Source: Candidatus Bathyarchaeota archaeon
GTDB lineage: Archaea; Thermoproteota; CALKCG01; B24; DRYS01
Assembly (NCBI GenBank): GCA_018396535.1
Contig: JAGTQC010000002.1
Span: forward strand, 160,001-224,000
Length of the DNA stretch: 64,000 nt
Direction: 5' to 3'
This document shows positions 9,917 through 19,936 of the stretch, piece after piece. The translations under genes were made by a program, and so were the position numbers. How positions within the stretch are numbered: position 1 is the stretch's first letter; each line of letters opens with the position of its first letter. The notes under the pieces are model-generated. The model ran no database searches. It had not been told where the DNA came from and saw nothing but the letters and a program-made list of their open reading frames with translations.

Positions 9917-12259
9917 TTATTCATATCTTAAAGTCGAAGCTATGTTAACACTTACTATATAGCTACCTAGGATCAAGCCGCTTGGTATAATCGTAGATAG
10001 TATAAATAGTAGCATATTAAATAAAATACTTATCGATGGATTGATGGCTATCGAAAATGGGGTTATACTATTTAGAAAGTTTGAGAATATATTTAGAGTG
10101 ATGGGGATTGTGAATAAACATAATAACACAGATAACCCGCCTAAAATAGCTAATTTAAAAATTATAAATGAAATACCATTTAGTTTACTCATACCTAATG
10201 CTCTTAATGTGGCTATAACAATTCTTTCCTCGATTATATCTTGCCCAGATATAGTGAATATGAGAAGAATGGATGTAGTCCATGTGAAAAATATCATTAC
10301 GGTTGCTGCAGACTGAAATGCTTTTGTTAATACATCAGATAGGATATTTATAACTCCAGATTTATTTATATCCCATAAGTATCCAGGGACTTTCTTCTTA
10401 ACAATTTTTATTAAATTATCTATACCTGTACTATTTTTAAATTTTATAACCATAGCATTAACTTTACATTCAGAATCATCCAGCTTTTGCATTATATGAA
10501 TGGGGACAATTATAAAGTTAAATATTAAATCCCTCCTAATCCCAACTACCGTTAAGTTTAAATCTAGTTTTTCAGTTATTAATGTTATATTATCTCCTAC
10601 TTTAACATTTAAAATCCGTGCTAAATTTTCAGGTAGTATAGCACTACTATCATTATTCATAAGATATCTGCCATTAACTAGAGAGTAGTTAAAGCATGTT
10701 GCATTTACTGGTAATCCTATACATAAAATTGTGTATCTATCTATTTTGACATAGCGGTAATAGGCAAATTCTAAGCGATCTATATCATTTATTAAAACTT
10801 CTATATCTGCTATCAATGGTAACATATCATATGGCCTATTTAAGCATATGATTAAATCAAATATTAGAGAGCTTGAAGTTTCATCTAGGATATTTTGTTG
10901 AACTTCATATGCAGATATTAAAGTTGAATTAATAGTAACACTTACAACTATAACTGCTATTATAGCTATTTCACGGTTTTTCTTTCTTAATATACTTCTT
11001 AAAGCATATTTTATGAAGTAAGGGTATTCACTAATTTTAGTTCTTATTTTTTTAGTAGATAATGTTAATCCTGGAAAGCTTTTTATAGCTTGTATTACTG
11101 GGATTTTCATAATATACATTACTGGAGGGATAGCTGAAATAATTGAGCATAATATCCCAGTTAATGTGTAGAATATTATCAGGTATATATTTTGATTTAA
11201 TATCTCTGGTAGAGAGCTTAATACGAAGTACATTCCTTCCATAATTAAGCTTACATTAGCAAACCCGGATAGGAGTGCTCTTGCTACGACTATACTTAGG
11301 AATGATCCTAGAAAACCTCCAAATGCTCCTATGATTAAGCCTCTTAGAGCATATGTAAGTAAAATCGATTTATTCGAAGCTCCTATAGCTCTTAATATTC
11401 CTATATCTTTGAATTCTCTTGTTACCATTAGATTCATAGATGTATATATTAATGCTAAACTGATAATAAAGATTGAAAATCCTATTAATGATAAAAGTGA
11501 AACTAGATAACTATAATATGATCTTGTCTCTATGAAAGGTATAACATTCCCTTCTATAGATTTGAATACTGGAATTCTGTATGAAGTGAATTCATCACCT
11601 ATTTTTTTCATAGCTTCGAAAACATCGCAATTCCTTCTAATTTTTACCAATATCTGGTTTACTGTATTATTTGCATCTAATATATTTTGTAGGATTTGAA
11701 TTGGTATAATCGCATATACTATAGAGCTTCCATACCATCTAGGCATCCAAACAGCTCTACATGTACCGACTACCTTTACTGTTACATTTCCTTTGCTGGT
11801 TTCGATTAGTATATGTTTATCTAATACGTTTTCTCCATAATCATGCTCTACGACTATCGCTTCCTCATATATCTCAGGTATTCTTCCTTTAACTATAGTG
11901 ATATTATTCATTTTTAATGGAAGGTATACTCCTATAAGAAGTATATCCACCTCTCTAGGCCAACCTTTAGGATTGTATGCTATAGTCTTGTATGTTAATC
12001 TAAACTCGTACTGCTCGATATAATCTTTCCCACCTAGTATCTGCTCAGCTAGATCTTTAGATAATATTCCTGTACTGATAGAGAAATCAGCCATATTTGC
12101 TTCCTCGATCGATGCCTCTACTAGTAATGGGATATTCTTCAAAGCTATCGCGGTTCCGCACATGAGCGCGAGAGCGATAGATAACATTAGTATGGTTAGG
12201 AATGATCCTAAAGGACGCTTTACTAAACCTCTGAGAGAGTATCTTAGGTATGGCTGCAT
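9917..12259 (-). CDS. FtsX/MacB-like ABC permease (two FtsX repeats)
   Basis: 'IGILRAIGAS' and 'IATLRALGMS' motifs, large extracellular domains, adjacent to LolD-type ATPase; mostly AT-rich. Confidence 0.88.
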   Translation of the reverse strand: MQPYLRYSLRGLVKRPLGSFLTILMLSIALALMCGTAIALKNIPLLVEASIEEANMADFSISTGILSKDLAEQILGGKDYIEQYEFRLTYKTIAYNPKGWPREVDILLIGVYLPLKMNNITIVKGRIPEIYEEAIVVEHDYGENVLDKHILIETSKGNVTVKVVGTCRAVWMPRWYGSSIVYAIIPIQILQNILDANNTVNQILVKIRRNCDVFEAMKKIGDEFTSYRIPVFKSIEGNVIPFIETRSYYSYLVSLLSLIGFSIFIISLALIYTSMNLMVTREFKDIGILRAIGASNKSILLTYALRGLIIGAFGGFLGSFLSIVVARALLSGFANVSLIMEGMYFVLSSLPEILNQNIYLIIFYTLTGILCSIISAIPPVMYIMKIPVIQAIKSFPGLTLSTKKIRTKISEYPYFIKYALRSILRKKNREIAIIAVIVVSVTINSTLISAYEVQQNILDETSSSLIFDLIICLNRPYDMLPLIADIEVLINDIDRLEFAYYRYVKIDRYTILCIGLPVNATCFNYSLVNGRYLMNNDSSAILPENLARILNVKVGDNITLITEKLDLNLTVVGIRRDLIFNFIIVPIHIMQKLDDSECKVNAMVIKFKNSTGIDNLIKIVKKKVPGYLWDINKSGVINILSDVLTKAFQSAATVMIFFTWTTSILLIFTISGQDIIEERIVIATLRALGMSKLNGISFIIFKLAILGGLSVLLCLFTIPITLNIFSNFLNSITPFSIAINPSISILFNMLLFILSTIIPSGLILGSYIVSVNIASTLRYE

Positions 12260-12261
12260 AG

Positions 12262-12939
12262 CTATGTCTCTACTATCTGTCCATCTACTAGATTAACTAT
12301 ACGGTCGGCTGCTTTAGCTATACGTTGATCATGGGTTACTATTACTAGTGTTGTTTTATACTCCGCGTTTATTTCGCTTAGTAATTCCACTATCTCAGCC
12401 CCAGTCTTAGTATCAAGGTTTCCAGTAGGTTCATCGCATAGTAGTAGTGGTGGATTATTTATCAAGGCTCTCGCTATCGCTACACGCTGCTGCTCACCTC
12501 CAGATAACTGGTAGGGGAAATGGTTGAATCTACCCTCTAATCCGACCCTAGCTAAAATCTTCTCAGCCTTTTCTCGAGCATCCCTAGTTTTTAAACCTAT
12601 TATCTCAGCTGGAACCATAACGTTTTCTAGAGCTGTAAAGGTTGGTATCAGGTTGAAGAATTGGAAGACGAACCCGATCTTCTCTGCTCTAAAACGAGCT
12701 AGCCCTCCCTCCTTTAATCTTCCTAGATCCACCCCGTCTACATATATCTTACCGGATGTTGGTCTATCTAACCCGCCGATAATATTGAGTAGGGTAGATT
12801 TACCAGAACCGCTTGGGCCTAGGATCGCTATGTACTCCCCCCTCTCGATTCTAAGATTTACATTCTTTAATGCGATAACGTTTGTTTCCCCAGTCTTGTA
12901 TATCTTACTAATATTATCAGCGATGACTATCCAATCCAA
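12262..12939 (-). CDS. ABC ATP-binding protein (LolD/MacB type)
   Basis: [29 protein letters not shown]. Confidence 0.93.
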   Translation of the reverse strand: MDWIVIADNISKIYKTGETNVIALKNVNLRIERGEYIAILGPSGSGKSTLLNIIGGLDRPTSGKIYVDGVDLGRLKEGGLARFRAEKIGFVFQFFNLIPTFTALENVMVPAEIIGLKTRDAREKAEKILARVGLEGRFNHFPYQLSGGEQQRVAIARALINNPPLLLCDEPTGNLDTKTGAEIVELLSEINAEYKTTLVIVTHDQRIAKAADRIVNLVDGQIVET

Positions 12940-13004
12940 ATGGATCCCCCATGCTTATGGGTCCCATACTGTTCGATACCTCGAATATCCTTTCCTAACT
13001 AATC

Positions 13005-13505
13005 TCATAGTTCTACGACTTCCACGTATATATCTGGTAGATCTACTATAGCCGCAGTCCTTCTCCCAGATAGATATCCGCAAGCTTCACCTGGGTTTAT
13101 TAATACTGTATTACCAACCTTCTTAACTTCGAACTTATGTGTATGCCCTCTAACGATTAGGTTGTATAAGCCTGATCTAGCTAATCCATCAACTATCGCT
13201 TCGATCGTACCGTGTAGGAGGGCTATCTTAACCCCCTCTAATTCGATCGATTGAAAATCTTCTATACTATAACCCATCTCCTCAGCGGTCTTTTTAAGCA
13301 TCGATCTCTCCCCATCTACATTACCGTAAACTCCTATAACCTTACATCTATCTACGACTAAAGCTCTCATAGTGAATGGGGCACACCAATCTCCTGCATG
13401 CAATACTGTATGAACCCCTCTCTCAGCGAATATACGAGTAGCTCGCCGTACTGCTTCAAGATTATCATGTGTATCGGAGATTATACCTATCCGCATACCT
13501 AACAC
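13005..13505 (-). CDS. YfcE/MJ0936-family metallophosphoesterase
   Basis: SDTHDN, HAGD, GNVD, HG, GHTH, NPGE. Confidence 0.9.
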   Translation of the reverse strand: MLGMRIGIISDTHDNLEAVRRATRIFAERGVHTVLHAGDWCAPFTMRALVVDRCKVIGVYGNVDGERSMLKKTAEEMGYSIEDFQSIELEGVKIALLHGTIEAIVDGLARSGLYNLIVRGHTHKFEVKKVGNTVLINPGEACGYLSGRRTAAIVDLPDIYVEVVEL

Positions 13506-13606
13506 CGCATATAGTTTGGGATAGTATCAGAGATCAGAGAATTTATCTTCATACGTTTAAGTTTTAATAGAGATAACTACCGTAATATCGTCTTAGGGGT
13601 AGCTTA

Positions 13607-13951
13607 TTGATAGAGGAATGCAGATTCGGTATGGTGAAGGTTGATGGCGTTACCTATACTCGAGATATACTTATACTAGTAGGTGGCTGTGTTAAGCCTA
13701 ACTGGTGGCGTAGGGAAGGCCACAAACTGTATCTAGATGATTTAAAGGATATACTAGATGATAAACCGGAAATCTTAGTTATAGGATCTGGTTTCTACGA
13801 AGCTATGGATGTACCCTCGGATACAGTAGAAGCTCTTAGGAATTTGGGTATAGAAGTTTTCATCGAGAATACGAGGAAGGCTGTGAAGATATATAATGAG
13901 CTAATCTCGAAGGGTAAGCGTGTAGCTGCTGCTCTACATCTTACTTGTTGA
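13607..13951 (+). CDS. Mth938-like (DUF498) protein
   Basis: WWRREGH, PEILVIGSG, C-terminal AALHLTC. Confidence 0.88.
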   Translation: MIEECRFGMVKVDGVTYTRDILILVGGCVKPNWWRREGHKLYLDDLKDILDDKPEILVIGSGFYEAMDVPSDTVEALRNLGIEVFIENTRKAVKIYNELISKGKRVAAALHLTC

Positions 13952-13962
13952 TCTCCTAGATT

Positions 13963-14232
13963 TCATCCACCTGCTGCAGGGGGGAATACATCTATCCTAT
14001 CCCCCTCTGTTAACATTGTATCGAGGCCTCCAGTTTGACGGATGTTACGCCCGTTAACCAATATTATGATTGCTCTATCTATATCACCATCTACTATGAC
14101 AATCTCCTTAAGCTCGGGTATAACTTCAAGTACATCTACTAGCTTTGCGTAACTGCTTTTAAGCTCAACCTCCCTCGACCCCCACCCTGTCCTGCTTCTT
14201 AGAAAGGCGTAGACGTTTACCGTAACCTTCAT
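13963..14232 (-). CDS. Ubiquitin-like sulfur carrier (MoaD/SAMP family)
   Basis: ILVNGR, LxEGDRI, C-terminal FPPAAGG. Confidence 0.9.
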   Translation of the reverse strand: MKVTVNVYAFLRSRTGWGSREVELKSSYAKLVDVLEVIPELKEIVIVDGDIDRAIIILVNGRNIRQTGGLDTMLTEGDRIDVFPPAAGG

Positions 14233-14259
14233 CTCTCCACCTACACTCCTATATCTAAG

Positions 14260-15123
14260 TTAAACTAGTGTTTCTCCTCCTAGATTCCTCCATATACTCT
14301 TCATCTTCACAGCATCTATATCGAGTAATGGTGTTTCGCATATTATCGTAGGGTTTACACCGATCTCTAGGAGTGCTTCAGCTATCGTATCGAAATCTGG
14401 ACCGTACGATTTCTCATCGAGATTATGATGCTCTCTTTCACCGCTCTTACCATACTCTATCCTAGAATAGTGGCAATGCATCTCCTTCTTAACATAATCT
14501 GAGCCTAATACCTTCTCTAACTTACCTAATACTGCGATGATATCATCCTTATCCTTTATCGATCCTAGTTCTCTAGCATATAGGTGAGCCCAATCTACTA
14601 CTGGTCTAGCATAGGGAACCGATATCGAAAGTTCTAGAACCTCATCTATAGATCCAAGCTGACTTCTCTTTCCAGTAGTTTCTAAACCTAGGTATATACC
14701 GGATAGATTCTCCATCTCCATCCAGTCTGCGATAATCTTTAAAGCTTGGCGGCATAAATCTAAAGCATCCCTATGACTTCTACCTCCGTAGTAGCCTGGA
14801 TGGAAGACGACGATATACGCACCCATCCATGATGCAGCTGTTAGAGCTGCTTTAAGCCTCTCAATACTATCTTTTACAACATCTTCTCTACCAGACAGGT
14901 TTATGAAATATGAAGCATGCATGCTAAGCTTGGTATTATACTTCTCAGATTCCTCTTTGAGAGATTTAGCTTTACTCATAGCTATCTGTGGTCTACTACC
15001 CCATCTTACAGCTTGGTATTCGAATGCATCTAACCCTTCTCCATACAGGTAGCGGGGTATCTCATCTATATCGCCGTTAAACCCTATAGGCTTACCTGCA
15101 GGACCGAAGCGTGCGATCGGCAT
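14260..15123 (-). CDS. nfo: Endonuclease IV (AP endonuclease)
   Basis: RFGPAG, HASYFINL, FHPGY, ETTGK, DWAH, HCHYS, ICETP. Confidence 0.9.
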   Translation of the reverse strand: MPIARFGPAGKPIGFNGDIDEIPRYLYGEGLDAFEYQAVRWGSRPQIAMSKAKSLKEESEKYNTKLSMHASYFINLSGREDVVKDSIERLKAALTAASWMGAYIVVFHPGYYGGRSHRDALDLCRQALKIIADWMEMENLSGIYLGLETTGKRSQLGSIDEVLELSISVPYARPVVDWAHLYARELGSIKDKDDIIAVLGKLEKVLGSDYVKKEMHCHYSRIEYGKSGEREHHNLDEKSYGPDFDTIAEALLEIGVNPTIICETPLLDIDAVKMKSIWRNLGGETLV

Positions 15124-15224
15124 ACATTGAATAATCTATGTATGCCTAGGCTTAAGATTTAAGCTATGTACCCTATAGCCTAGGTAAATATTATTATACA
15201 ACCTTCTACACTTTTATCGCTCGG

Positions 15225-15455
15225 TTGGTTAGAATGCCTAGGTACTGCCCGCTATGTGGGGGTAGGCTTGTATACGATAATAGTGTTAAACTATACGTTT
15301 GTCAGAGTTGCGGTGCGATGTTAACGTTGGAGGATATAATCAGAGAGCGGGATAGGATAGCTAGCTTAGCTAGGGGGGGTGATGTAAGGAAGAGGGATGC
15401 ACGAGAGTATCTTAGATGGTGGACTTCTTCTAAAAGACAATCTGAGGAGGACTGA
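15225..15455 (+). CDS. Small zinc-ribbon protein
   Basis: CPLCGG...CQSCG and C-terminal REYLRWW; start may be ATG 15234. Confidence 0.7.
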   Translation: MVRMPRYCPLCGGRLVYDNSVKLYVCQSCGAMLTLEDIIRERDRIASLARGGDVRKRDAREYLRWWTSSKRQSEED

Positions 15456-15508
15456 TATAAGTAATACTTTAATGTAGGGTTTAGGGTGAAGATAGACTGT
15501 GATAGGCT

Positions 15509-16318
15509 ATGTTTACTGTTGAAATACTGAGTATAGGTAACGAGCTTCTGATAGGGAAGATTGCGAATACTAATGCACAGTATCTTGCTAGAAGGATAAC
15601 GGAGCTTGGAGGTAAGGTTACTCGAATAATAGTAGTAGGTGATAACCTTGATGAGATAGCGGAAGCTGTCAGAGAGAGTTTGGGAAGGAGGCCATCGTTT
15701 ATAATAACTACTGGTGGGCTTGGACCTACATTCGATGATATGACGCTTACTGGTATCGGTAGAGCTTTGAATTTGGAGATGGTGTTAAACGAGGAGGCTT
15801 TAAGGATGGTTAGGGAGAGGTATGAGGTATTATCTAGGGAGAGGGGTATACCGTTCGAGTTAACACCTGCGAGAATCAAGATGGCTATACTTCCTAAGAA
15901 TGCTGAACCTATACGTAATCCTATAGGAACTGCGCCAGGTGTAAGATTGAAGATCGATTCTACGGTAATATATGCGCTACCAGGGGTGCCGAGTGAGATG
16001 AGAGCTATATTCGAGGAGTATATCGCTCCGATTCTAGCTAAGATATCTGATAGAGTATTCGCTGAGAGATACCTATTCATAGAGGGGGTGCCTGAATCAT
16101 CGCTAGCTCCGATACTGGAGGAGGCTATGGGTAAGTATACGGATATATATGTGAAATCCCATCCTAGGGTTGAGGAGGGTAAACCCCATATAGAGCTCCA
16201 TATAACAACCTATTCTGAGAGTAGAGAGAGAGCTGAATCCATACTCTCGGCTGTAGCCGAGTATCTGAAGAAGGCTGTGAGGGAGAGGGGGGGATTAGTT
16301 CTTGAGAAGCATACATGA
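15509..16318 (+). CDS. CinA N-terminal/molybdopterin-binding domain protein
   Basis: IGNELLIG, NTN, VGD, TTGGLGPTFDDMT, GTAPG, LPGVPSEM. Confidence 0.9.
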   Translation: MFTVEILSIGNELLIGKIANTNAQYLARRITELGGKVTRIIVVGDNLDEIAEAVRESLGRRPSFIITTGGLGPTFDDMTLTGIGRALNLEMVLNEEALRMVRERYEVLSRERGIPFELTPARIKMAILPKNAEPIRNPIGTAPGVRLKIDSTVIYALPGVPSEMRAIFEEYIAPILAKISDRVFAERYLFIEGVPESSLAPILEEAMGKYTDIYVKSHPRVEEGKPHIELHITTYSESRERAESILSAVAEYLKKAVRERGGLVLEKHT

Positions 16319-16466
16319 TATCGGTAAATCGCTATACCTATGAGTTAATAGGTAGCAGCGATCAGGATGCTGCTTGGGTAATCATCGATGGTGGTATCTT
16401 CGATCCTAACGCTATTCTAAGCGAATTTAAATTAACCTAATAACTCTACTTCTACTATAGAACGAT

Positions 16467-17117
16467 ATGTCTACGGATGAGTTGATGGATAAAATCCACC
16501 GTTACATAAGCCGGATATCAGATAGGAGTATTAGACGTAAGGTTCGTAGGATTATCAAATCTATCGGGGAGAAGCTCTACGATTATCATCCGCTTACCCT
16601 AGCTGATTCTCCTGCTGGGGAGAAGATCCACCACGATTATAGAGGCGGATTATTAGAGCATATGGTAGCTTCTATCGAGATAGCTCTAGCTCTATCTGAT
16701 CTACTAGAGAAACATTATAGGGGTAGGGTGGATAGAGATATAATCATATCGGCGTTGATACTGCATGACTTATACAAGGTTTACTGTTATGAAAGGAGGA
16801 ATGAAGGGTTTAGACGTAGTGATCTAGGCTTACTCCTAGATCATCATACGCTAATAGTATCTGAGCTTATACGTAGAGGTTTCCCGATCGATATAGTTCA
16901 CGCAACTCTAGCAGCTCACGGGAAGTATGGGCCATCTACACCTAAAACTGTGGAGGCTCTTATAGTTCATCTAGCTGATTACATAGATTCTACACTCGCA
17001 TCGGAGATTACTAGGGGGGTGCAGCTAGCTATGGAGAGGGCTGGGGTTAAACCTCCAGAGGTTATCACTGTATCAGATGCTCTTAAAATCCTTGAGAAGC
17101 TTGGTAGAGCTGGTTAG
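16467..17117 (+). CDS. HD-domain phosphohydrolase (YhaM-like, no OB fold)
   Basis: PAGxxxHHxYxGGLLEH, LHDLYK, AAHG, EALIVHLAD. Confidence 0.85.
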   Translation: MSTDELMDKIHRYISRISDRSIRRKVRRIIKSIGEKLYDYHPLTLADSPAGEKIHHDYRGGLLEHMVASIEIALALSDLLEKHYRGRVDRDIIISALILHDLYKVYCYERRNEGFRRSDLGLLLDHHTLIVSELIRRGFPIDIVHATLAAHGKYGPSTPKTVEALIVHLADYIDSTLASEITRGVQLAMERAGVKPPEVITVSDALKILEKLGRAG

Positions 17118-17431
17118 GGTTTATAATCTCTTATAGCTTTATTTATCTCCTCGGATTGCCAGTGATCTACGAGTATAACCTCGGATTCACGTATGAAGGG
17201 TAGGCTATGAAGCTTATGTTTGATATCTAGACCTATTTGTAAAGCAAATATCGGTGGGCAGAATGGGGCTGATAGATGGTATATTATACGAGCTCTCCCA
17301 TCCTCCACCTTTACCTCATCTATGAATCCTGCTTCCACTATCGAGAAGCCTAATTCTGGATCTCTGATATCCTTTAAAGCATTATATACTATCCTCTCTT
17401 CTTCAGATAGCTTAGATTCATCTACCGGCAT
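17114..17431 (-). CDS. DUF59 Fe-S cluster assembly protein
   Basis: DPELGFSIV and PFCP motifs. Confidence 0.85.
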   Translation of the reverse strand: MPVDESKLSEEERIVYNALKDIRDPELGFSIVEAGFIDEVKVEDGRARIIYHLSAPFCPPIFALQIGLDIKHKLHSLPFIRESEVILVDHWQSEEINKAIRDYKP

Positions 17432-17479
17432 ATCCTTAATACCGAGATTCTAGGAAGGCTTCTAGGATAAAAAGTTTAG

Positions 17480-19936
17480 TTAAGCCTTAGAGAATACTCT
17501 ACCTACTAGAGTTATACGGCTCCTCCCATAATCATCTTTATCTACGTAGATAGCATCTGTGAATATATCTGAATCCTGAATATCCTCTATATGAGATATA
17601 ACGATAATCTTCTCGTAATCCGTGGAGAATTCTCGTAGTAGCTCGAGGAGATGCATCCTGAATTCCCCGCTTAGAGGACCGAAACCCTCATCTACTATAA
17701 GCGTCTTGAAGCTTCTAACACCTCTCCTCTCAGCTATTGTCTTAGCTATACCTAGACGTATAGCAAACCCTATTAGAGTAGCTTCACCACCACTATATGT
17801 TGAGAGTTCTCTTTCAACTCCATCGCTATACACCTTTATCGTTATATCACCTTCACTAGATACATCTATCTTTAGATCGAATCTAGGTAGGAGTTTCGAT
17901 AGGTATATACGGCTCCAATACTCTACAGAGGATATTATCTCATGTAGTAGGTATATGGGGAAACCTTTATCATGGAAAACCTTCTCGTATAGTATCCTAT
18001 ACACGTTATACTTGTGTAGCGTATCTTTAAGCTCTTTTTCTAATCTTGAAGCCTCCTCTAGATACTTCATACACTCGCTAATACTATCCTCTACATCCTT
18101 CTTCCTCAACCTCAACTCTTCATACCTACCTATATACGATTCTAATTTAGAAGCTAGCTCATCCCTCTGCTTCGTAAGATCTTTAAGCGTATACTCTATA
18201 CTACTAATCTTTGCTTTAACATCGTTCAAAGCCTTCTCTATTCTACCTATATCTGCTAGCGTATGCTCTATTCTAGCTATCTCATCATCTAGATCTTTAA
18301 CTACCATCTGAGAATACTCCAGTTTCTTAATCTCATCATCTATAGATCTATAGATGGATCTAAGCTCATCTAGCTTCTTATTAAACTCATCTAACCCGCT
18401 ATACGTGAAGCCTAGTATGGATCTAAGCTCAGATTCCATAGATAATAGTCTCTGCTTAACCTTCGAATACTCCTCCTCATCCGTAGGTAGCCTACTCAAT
18501 TCTACACGTATCCTCTCCATCTCCTCCTCTATAGGTTTTATAGCACCCTTCGCTTGTGTTAAAGCAGTAATCCTAGCTTCGCATTCCCTAACCCTTTCCT
18601 TTAAGACGTTTAATACAAGCCTCCTCTCCTCCATAACCTCCCTAAGCTTTTCAGCCTCCTCTAATAGACGTTTTCTTAGATTATCCCTAACGGTATCGGT
18701 GAGCTTCGATCCGCATACCGGGCATGAATCGCTTTTCGAAAGCTCGGTGGATGATGTCGTTATGAATCTAAGCTGCTCTTCTAGACTAACCACCTCTTTC
18801 TGAATCTTCTCTATACTATCTAAGATCCTCACTCTCTCCTCTTCTATCCTACCTAGTAGCTCTACCCGATGGGAGAGTTCATCGTAGCTATTCCTAAGCT
18901 CTTCAAGCCTAATCTTTAGAGATTTAGAAAGCTTCATAGCTAATTCCATAGTGGAAGCTATGGATTTCAATTTCTCATACTCAACCATTCTATCATAAAG
19001 CTTCTCTAAGATATCTATCCTATACCTCAACTTCTCTCTTTCAGACTTCAATACTGGGTAACGCTCCCAGCCTCGTATAAACTGCTCCCTTCTAGATCTA
19101 AGCTCGTTTAGCTTCTCTACAGATTCTCTAAGTTTAGAGTATGCTGCTTCAAGCCATCCAAGTTCTCTACTAAGTGAGCTACGCATCTCCTCACCCCTAC
19201 GTATCTCCTCATCCAGCCTATCCAGCTCTATCCTAAGCTTAGATATCTCCCCTGATACTGAAGCTAACTCTAGCTCTATACTTGCTAGAAGCTTCTTCAA
19301 ATCATCTAAACGTGTAGTATACGTTCTAAGCTTAGATAGCTCTGATCTAAGCTGCTCTACTCTAAGATAGTATGAATCTCTAAGCTTCTTAGCTTCATCC
19401 CTCTGTATTCCGAAATCTATACCGAAGGCTTTCATAAAGACTTCCCTACGCTGAGAGGGGGAGACTCCTCTACCTATTATCCCAGCTACCTCACCTTGAC
19501 GTATTAGAAGCGTATACAGGAATGTACGGTAATCGAGTTTTACAAGCTTCTCTATCTCTGCATCTACTGCTTGCACAGTTGAAGCTATGACACGCTGAAC
19601 CCCTCCACTATCATCTACCATATACAACCAGGCTTGACTCCTCTTATCAGGGTAGAATATCCTCTTAACCCTGTATCTTACACCATCTACTTCGAAATCT
19701 ACTTCTACTCTAGCAGGTTTACCAGATCCGGATCTTAGAATCCACCATGCTGATGATGGATCCATCTCACCGTAGGCTTTCTTAAAGAATGCAGCTGTTA
19801 AAGCATCTACGAAGAGGGTTGTCTTACCTGATCCCGTACTTCCATAAACTATTATCCTACTTCCAAGTTTATCTAGGTTAAGCTCGCAGCTTTCGTAAGA
19901 AGCTATATTCTCTATATAGATACGATTAATCTTCAG
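17480..19936 (-). CDS. rad50: Rad50/SbcC SMC-family ATPase (extends 57 codons upstream of the ORF-track ATG; apparent CTG start)
   Basis: In-frame N-terminus (L/M)KINRIYIENIASYESCEL...GSTGSGKTT (Walker A), zinc hook CPVCG, YSGGE, LIVDEG, ISH. Confidence 0.88.
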   Translation of the reverse strand: MKINRIYIENIASYESCELNLDKLGSRIIVYGSTGSGKTTLFVDALTAAFFKKAYGEMDPSSAWWILRSGSGKPARVEVDFEVDGVRYRVKRIFYPDKRSQAWLYMVDDSGGVQRVIASTVQAVDAEIEKLVKLDYRTFLYTLLIRQGEVAGIIGRGVSPSQRREVFMKAFGIDFGIQRDEAKKLRDSYYLRVEQLRSELSKLRTYTTRLDDLKKLLASIELELASVSGEISKLRIELDRLDEEIRRGEEMRSSLSRELGWLEAAYSKLRESVEKLNELRSRREQFIRGWERYPVLKSEREKLRYRIDILEKLYDRMVEYEKLKSIASTMELAMKLSKSLKIRLEELRNSYDELSHRVELLGRIEEERVRILDSIEKIQKEVVSLEEQLRFITTSSTELSKSDSCPVCGSKLTDTVRDNLRKRLLEEAEKLREVMEERRLVLNVLKERVRECEARITALTQAKGAIKPIEEEMERIRVELSRLPTDEEEYSKVKQRLLSMESELRSILGFTYSGLDEFNKKLDELRSIYRSIDDEIKKLEYSQMVVKDLDDEIARIEHTLADIGRIEKALNDVKAKISSIEYTLKDLTKQRDELASKLESYIGRYEELRLRKKDVEDSISECMKYLEEASRLEKELKDTLHKYNVYRILYEKVFHDKGFPIYLLHEIISSVEYWSRIYLSKLLPRFDLKIDVSSEGDITIKVYSDGVERELSTYSGGEATLIGFAIRLGIAKTIAERRGVRSFKTLIVDEGFGPLSGEFRMHLLELLREFSTDYEKIIVISHIEDIQDSDIFTDAIYVDKDDYGRSRITLVGRVFSKA

